Shown piece by piece: positions 57,064 through 64,000 of a stretch of DNA of 64,000 nt. Position 1 is the first letter of the stretch. Each line of letters begins with the position of its first letter. The position numbers and the translations under genes were made by a program. The stretch is from Iphione sp. A-MEVVRFRX5 (taxonomy: Eukaryota). The notes under the pieces are model-generated. The model was not told the origin of the DNA, searched no databases, and saw only the letters and a program-made list of their open reading frames with translations. The stretch is from positions 80,042,001 through 80,106,000 of the forward strand of contig OZ320317.1 in NCBI GenBank assembly GCA_976226885.1, in the 5' to 3' direction.

Positions 57064-60000
57064 TAATAATCTATTGCTAGCTAGGTTAACAGAAAATGCT
57101 ACACAATAATTCACAATCTCTCTTTTTTTATCATAGAATTGTACTTTGCAGCAATCCAACTGCTGTGTGTGCCTGGTATCAGAGGTTATGAAGGCAGCCT
57201 AGGATAATGTGTGAAGCAAAAAACACTAATGTCTTTTGTGTGTTTTTCCCTGAATGTGTCTATGACAGTACCGCTTCTTGACAGGAACGTAAGCAGAACA
57301 AAATATAAAAGGGAAACGGTGCTATTTCAAACATCAAGAAAAGATAAATGAGAGAAGTGAAATATATTCTGCGAATTGTGTCTTTATTTCATGGGGATGT
57401 ACAATATTAAATGCTATGACAAGTTCTTCTTAGTGGTACATGTATTCCAATAATCTGTACACATAAGTAATTCATTCAGGGAAATTTACATTAAAATACA
57501 TCTTTCATCACATATTATACAATAATAACACGACAGAAAACCCGTTGACAGTATGTGTACTTACGTAGAACACCGGAATTCATCTTAAATATGGACGTCT
57601 CTTCAAAACGTTTTTATGCATTCTAAAGGCAACGTATCTCCTTCCTTCTAGTTTGAGAAGTGACTTCTCTTTAAATATAGCTGTTTCGTTGAGCAGTTTA
57701 CATACACTGATGGAAAGACAACAGTCATTTAAAGGTAATGGTAGGCATCAGGATTGCATTACTAATGTACTGTTCGTTTACTGAAACCAATAGTTAAGAA
57801 TGAGCGCCAGAACGAAACAGACTCTACTCCGGTATCACTACTCCATAGGCACTTGATGCTCGATCGTCGGGATTCGGTAATGAACTAACATCATTTCATG
57901 TTAAGAGCTGCTTTTCGGAAGCAATAAATGTATAACATATATCCCTCCCAATTTCTAAGACGACGAAAATGTCTCGTTTTTCTTATACAATATAATAGCA
58001 ATCACGATATATCAACAAGGCTATAATCTAAATAGTGCAGACAAGCCACCAGTTAGTATCACGCACAAATACCGCACAATCCACACTGTAGATGCGGCAG
58101 CTACTCTGTCCCTCGAGAGATCAACTTGATCTACGTCATGACATATACTAGGCTTGTCCTTTGATTCTCGCCGACATACACACAGTCTACTACAGTGAGG
58201 TCATTAAAAAAGAGAGCACACCTTGTCAGTCATTCACTGTAGAGAAAGGGTAGAGGCATGTTTTTAAAACAGGTTTTTGAATCACTGCAGCATTAGATAG
58301 GGGACCTTGGGATCACATTGGGTCATTTACTGCATGCCCATGGCAGTCGTTCGCTCCTCGTGCATCTATCGCCTCCTAAAAAGTATTACCCCAAAAATTG
58401 AAATATATTTGTTCGCTTCTTTTAGACAAGTTTTTACGTTCTGTACCTCACAAGCAGTACCGCTGCGCTCACTGGTGGCTGATTACTTTTAAACGTGGCA
58501 CAGAAGCCAACAAAAAACCATCCATTTGTCACATATATCCCATAAATTATATATACATGTACATTATGTATACATATATGTATAATAAGACATTCGAATC
58601 ATGTGTTACAGGATAGCTGTGCTGTATTTGTTACATACGTTCCAAAAGTGGTGCAGAGTTGAGAGAAAGCAGCTGTTTTCTGTGTTTCCTGTGAAAATAA
58701 TGCACTATTTATCCAAGACAGGAGAAGGTAATGGCTCAGAGCTTACAAAACCACCCGCAGGGAACCCTGATGATGACGGCCTTCAGGTCTGAAGAAGCTA
58801 CTCGGTATATTTAATATATTTTTGTATTTATGTCCTTCATCTTTTATGCATTTACTGCGCGGCTTTGGCGTAAACACAGTCAGCTCCTCGCGCGACCTGA
58901 AGCAACAGAAATATACTCACAGATTCTACAAAATTATGTCATAATATCTGTAGCCAATGCAGACCAGTCAATCTTTAAAACGGGATTGGCATTCATATAT
59001 CTGGTAAATATACGTATATTATATATACAAAGGCTGAATTCTATAGGTACCAGTCGTCTAGACCTGTCTTTTAAAAAGACATCTTTAAATAATTTCCAAT
59101 TTAAGGGTTTCTGCAGGTTGGTAATGTCATTGAAACATAACAGCCCACAGAAGAGAAATATACCTTAATATTATCATTACATAAAGATATATATATAGAG
59201 GGAAATTTAGCATATCAAACATTAGTGACAAAATCGATGTATGTATTGGTGCCAATTCGGAATAAAAGGGCAATCACAACATTAATACATATATGAAGGA
59301 CAACTCAAATTTCCATTCTTGTGGACGGAACGATTTCGACGTTTCCTGCAAACAGATTAATAACAATCTTCACATCTAACGTATTAAGCTCCAGACATAG
59401 TATCAATCCAGTCTAACATTGAAACCTTTTGATCAAGATCTTTTGCTTCAAGTCTTTAGGTAAAAAAGCTTTAACATGATTCATATCTCACCGGTTGACG
59501 ACCTAATTCTGTACTACAGTTTAGCTCTGGACAACGTACGAACCATATGGTCTGATACACTTTAAACCCGTACCAAAACAGACAGGCCTTTTTAAAAAGA
59601 CTCGTCATATGGGTACCAGTGCCGCTCCGGTAAAAGATGTCGAGTAGTCTGAAGGAGATGCCAATGACCATTACTATATCAGCCGCGGACAAAACGCACG
59701 TTGGACAAGCTCAACCTTATAGGTATGCTGAAGACTCAACCTTTTAGCACAGCTGGCAACGATAGACATCTCGTCAAAGAAATGACACTTGCTAGAGAGG
59801 TAAAGAGGTAACAATAAAAGGGTGGAGTAGGGTCACTGGCGAAAAACATGCGCATGTCTTGACGGGACTCGTCGATAGTTGAGGCACTGTGATGTGGGTG
59901 CTCTATCAACCGACTCACTTAGGAGAATGCAGCTTGCTCCATATTCAGATCATTCCCTTGAAAGTGCAGATGGGAAAGATGCCTTTTTAAGTTGTACTGA

Positions 60001-61151
60001 AAAAATAATAGAGGAAACCGCTGCACTTTGTGTTTCTCCTTCGGGGAGGATGCAGATATTACCTATTAGCGGTATGATATCTCCACGACCGTGCAGTTGT
60101 CAAAGCCTGGAGGCATAAGGCCACAAGAGTGCCCGTCTCAACTAGCAGCAGAACGGCGAAAGTTAGAGATATACTCTTATAGATATTTATTGTATCCTCG
60201 CATGATCGATGAGGAAGGAATGGCTGGGTTGAAGTGTAGAGATGAGAAAATGAAGATTTACTGCTGCCCATTGGCCATTAGTAACAATAACAGCAGCCCA
60301 TGTCGTCTTTGTTCTAGAGGATGTAATGCTACCGCAGCAATAATGATTTTATATAGACAATGCAGCATCAAGCCCGGCCAGCGTCGTAAAGTTGCCTGGA
60401 GGATCCCAAACAGCCAACATCGTTTCTCATTCTCTCTAAACTCCTCTGCAGGAGAGAATCTTCTCATCCGAGATAAAGCACACTGTCATCTGTGTGAGGA
60501 CCTATCGTAGAGTTCGGTTGTCCATCACACACGACAGCAATAAATAGAAATTTAGCCCTGGGTCATAAAACACCTCGCAACCAGACACAGGAGTAAAATG
60601 TTCATGTACCAGAGCTATGGACTTCCCCTTTCGATGAAGTATAAACATATTTCGTTTAATGAAAATTGGATCTTCCTATGTATTACAATGTATCTTAATG
60701 TATCTCAATGTATCTTTATGTATCTTACGTTTCATACGTAATGTATCTTACGTTTGAAACTGACTGATACAATAGCAACTAACCAATTGGGCTTGGACCA
60801 GTTAATTCCTGTTGGTAATACTTGATTTCGTCTCGCAGGCACCTGGAATTTCTCTATATATCAGGAGAAGCCAGAAAGAATGTCCGAATTTAAGGAGATA
60901 TTCCTCCATTTACAAAAGCATTAAGTACATGGTGTGAATGGACACATCCCTCATAATCAGAATCTCGTCTCTAATCGCTCTCCTTAGGATACTTTAGAGG
61001 CACGGCGCAAGAGAAATACGGTTTGTCTACACACAAACTCAAGTCTGTATATGCCACACAAAGCCATCCGTAATCCAATGGTCAACGAGAGACTTGCAGC
61101 TAAAAAACTAGACCTGCAGGAGGTCGGTGGCGATTATTACTATTATTTTTT

Positions 61152-62417
61152 TTACAATTTCGTCTCAACCGATGTGTTCACGTACGTCGTCTTCTTGGAG
61201 TTGGTGCGCGAGAAACCCGACCCCTGGCGGGAGACGGGGAACACTTCCGGGTAGGTGGACTTGCGGTCGCCGTAGGACGAGTAGAAGGAGTTGCCCCAGC
61301 GGCTGGGCTGCTTGCGGAAGCGGCGCTTGCACTTCACCCAGAGCCGCTTGTAGCCGAACTGCACCTCAGGCATGCGGATGGCGTAGACTATGGGGTCGCA
61401 GATGGCGTTGAGCAGGAGGAGGTCGTACAGGTACTGGTCCGCATTCACAAGGACGGCGATGATGGGTTCCAGCACGCTACGATCGACCAACACCTGGATG
61501 AGGAGGATGATCTGGAAGAGGCATTGCGGCAGCCAGCAGAAGATGAAGGTGCCGAGGATCATCAGCGTGGTGATGAGGGCCTTCTTGTTGCGGTTGAAGT
61601 CGAGCACCTTCTGGCGGCGGCGGTCCTCCTGCAGGCGGTTGAGGCGGGCGCTGTGCTGGCGGTTGATGCGTATGTAGATCCGCACGTAGATGAAGACCAT
61701 GATGAAGAGACACACGCTGGCGATGGCGAAGACGGTGAACTCCTCCTGGTAGGGCGTCATGTGCACCATCTCGCAGAAGTTGTAGCGGACCAGGTGCCGC
61801 CGTTCGGGCAGCACAGAGAGCGCGTCGGAGAAGCCGCAGATGATGGCCACCACCCAGAGGATGCCCACCATGAGGTTGACGCGCTGCTTGTCCATCAGCT
61901 GCGGGTAGTGAAGCGGCCGCAAGATGGCCAGGTACAGGTCGATGGCCATGCCCATCAGGTTCAGCAGCGAGATGTTTAACGCCGTCGTGTTGAGGGCCTT
62001 GGTGATCACATACAGGCAGCGCCGCAAGCGGTAACTGGCCGGCCCGGAGCCCGGTTTCAGGTAGATGGGGAAGAAGACGTAGTTGATGAGGTGCTGCATC
62101 ACGCTCAGCGCGATGAGGATGTCCGAGCTCGCCAGACTGATGATGAGCCGGAAATGGGCCGTCAGTTTACCGTGGATCTGTAGGATGGCCAGCAGGCACA
62201 TGATGTTCACTACGATGGCAATACAACAGAGGACCAGGGCGATAATCTGGTGCGGCTCCCGCCACAGCTCGCGCCGTAAGTAGATGATATCGTAGTCATA
62301 GTCGTACGGTCCCAATTCCGTCTCATTGCCGGGGCTCACCGCCTCAGTGGTGTTTTCGGTGACCTCGTTCCAGGCCGAGGTGGCCGAATGCTCTGTCTCA
62401 CGCACTATGACAGGCAT
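61152..62417 (-). CDS. Class A (rhodopsin-like) GPCR, melanocortin/ACTH-receptor-like orphan, 421 aa, intronless coding region
   Basis: Seven hydrophobic segments; TM1 N, TM2 LASSD, TM3 MAIDLY.AI.RPLHY, TM6 FIFCWLP, TM7 NAICDPIVY. GC-rich ORF; splice acceptor at 62434-62436, 16 nt before the ATG. Confidence 0.92.
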   Translation of the reverse strand: MPVIVRETEHSATSAWNEVTENTTEAVSPGNETELGPYDYDYDIIYLRRELWREPHQIIALVLCCIAIVVNIMCLLAILQIHGKLTAHFRLIISLASSDILIALSVMQHLINYVFFPIYLKPGSGPASYRLRRCLYVITKALNTTALNISLLNLMGMAIDLYLAILRPLHYPQLMDKQRVNLMVGILWVVAIICGFSDALSVLPERRHLVRYNFCEMVHMTPYQEEFTVFAIASVCLFIMVFIYVRIYIRINRQHSARLNRLQEDRRRQKVLDFNRNKKALITTLMILGTFIFCWLPQCLFQIILLIQVLVDRSVLEPIIAVLVNADQYLYDLLLLNAICDPIVYAIRMPEVQFGYKRLWVKCKRRFRKQPSRWGNSFYSSYGDRKSTYPEVFPVSRQGSGFSRTNSKKTTYVNTSVETKL

Positions 62418-64000
62418 GCTGGCTGGCGAGGGCCTGCAAGAGAGACAGGAATGTCATTAGTTGTCAGAAATGAGATAAAATACCGTGAACAATGCTTCGC
62501 ATTGGCTTAGCAGACCTAAATTGGATACTTGAGCCGGTATCTAATGGTAAAAACGAGAAAGCCAATATGCTGTGATGCCTGGGTAGTGTGCAGGAGAGGG
62601 AGGCACGGGAAATCAAGTAGAAGAAAAGTACGACATAGCTACTAGAGTAAGGCACAGAGGGGCATATATATATAAACACATTTGCATACACACGGGGACA
62701 CACACATACATAGAGAGAGACTTTTAGAAAGTGTGCAATAATAACACAGGCAAAAGAGAGATAGATAAAGCACAAGAGAGCAAGGACAAGAAGAGAGCAG
62801 AGTAAAGGGAAAACAGAACAACCAGTGAAAGAGAGAGGCAAAGACATTGGGAAAAATAGGACAGAAGAGAGAAATAGCAGAAGCAGTAGAGAACAGAGAG
62901 CAGCGAAAACGCAAGGAACAGACGAACGAGTGAGAGAATGTCGACAGGAATGTAATCAGTAGAGTAATGAATAAGAGCAAATACGTAGCATCGGGACTGC
63001 CCTGTTAAACAAAAAACCCATTAGATCGGACATAGGATGGAAAATCAAGATACATGTACTGCCCCCTTGCCTGTGTAGAGGCAATATTCCATCCAAACTG
63101 TCAGGCGATTTTGTTACTTTTCAGTAAAACTTCCAAAATCATACATGTATTGTTCTAACTCGCGCTCTGATAAAGATCTTTTTAAATATCATTTGGTCCC
63201 GCAGTATACGTGTTAATTCTTTGTCTGTCCATCCATCACATGCTGTGCATTGCAGGAGGAACCGTTTTGCATTGAGGATCATTTTTGACATACATATCTC
63301 TCACAAAGATTTCTTCAGGCATTAAGTGTGCATAAGTGTGTATTTAGATGGAAAATAAGAACCTGACATCGAAAGTCTCCAAACCAGCGTATGCTTATAT
63401 ATGTATTTAAAATTGTTTTCCTATGTGTAATATCTCTTCGGATCGGAAAACTTTATTTACAACAGAGAATTGAGAGTAAATTTTTCTCAAGAACACTGGG
63501 CTGAGGATATTAGAAGACACGGTTCTAATTAAAGGCCGAAGTTTGTTACTGCGACAGTACAAATTGGAGCCCTTTCTTGATGATTTTGCCAGAGGAAATC
63601 TTATGTGGTTGTCTCCTCTGAGACTGTATACGTGTATATGTAGACCGGAACCTCTCTACGCTGTACTACGGACAGCAAAGAGACTGAATCATAGAGTGTC
63701 CTTAAAACGAGGTGTACTTAATAGCAGGAATATTTGAATATACTCATATAGATTTGGTTCTGTTTCCAGTCTGTCTATAATGTGGGATGTCCTGAATTGA
63801 AGGTTCAGAGTCAAAGGGATCTGCAGTGACATATCAATGACTTATTGAATTGGTCTCCAACCGAACCACTCACTCTCCTACCTACCAAAGAAGTAAAATA
63901 CCAGTAAGAGCAGGCAAGTAGCTACTGCACTCTGTGGTGTTTATTTTTATGATGTTTGTAAGACCCATGCCCATAGAAGGACGTTCAATTGACATTCTTT

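Noticed and set aside
61127-62283. Several long + strand ORFs over the GPCR
   Set aside because: Antisense shadows of a GC-rich coding sequence; no independent motifs.

Overview
Eukaryotic, intron-rich, AT-rich DNA from an invertebrate animal; the finer taxon cannot be fixed from sequence alone. Four host genes: BBS5 (-, 11 coding exons, 341 aa), DDX23/PRP28 (+, 15 coding exons, about 791 aa), a secernin (-, 5 coding exons, 444 aa, plus a probable extra in-frame 5' exon 4.3 kb upstream) and a single-coding-exon melanocortin-receptor-like class A GPCR (-, 421 aa). Mobile DNA: a degenerate DIRS1-type tyrosine-recombinase retrotransposon with a readable ICR/ITR right end, a ~255-bp two-ended mini-DIRS and four further DIRS terminal relics. 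Also a young Gypsy (Mag-like) LTR element with one in-frame TGA, a CR1/L2-type LINE fragment between 126-bp direct repeats, and a Penelope-like GIY-YIG relic with a degenerate hammerhead. A 5'-truncated LINE (13-bp TSD) has a ~1.3-kb 3' region holding a duplicated hairpin. Several MITEs, a tRNA-derived SINE, GA microsatellites and two N gaps complete the window. No rRNA, true tRNA or CRISPR array. All exon calls were made by hand from GT-AG boundaries and frame continuity; no database searches were run.
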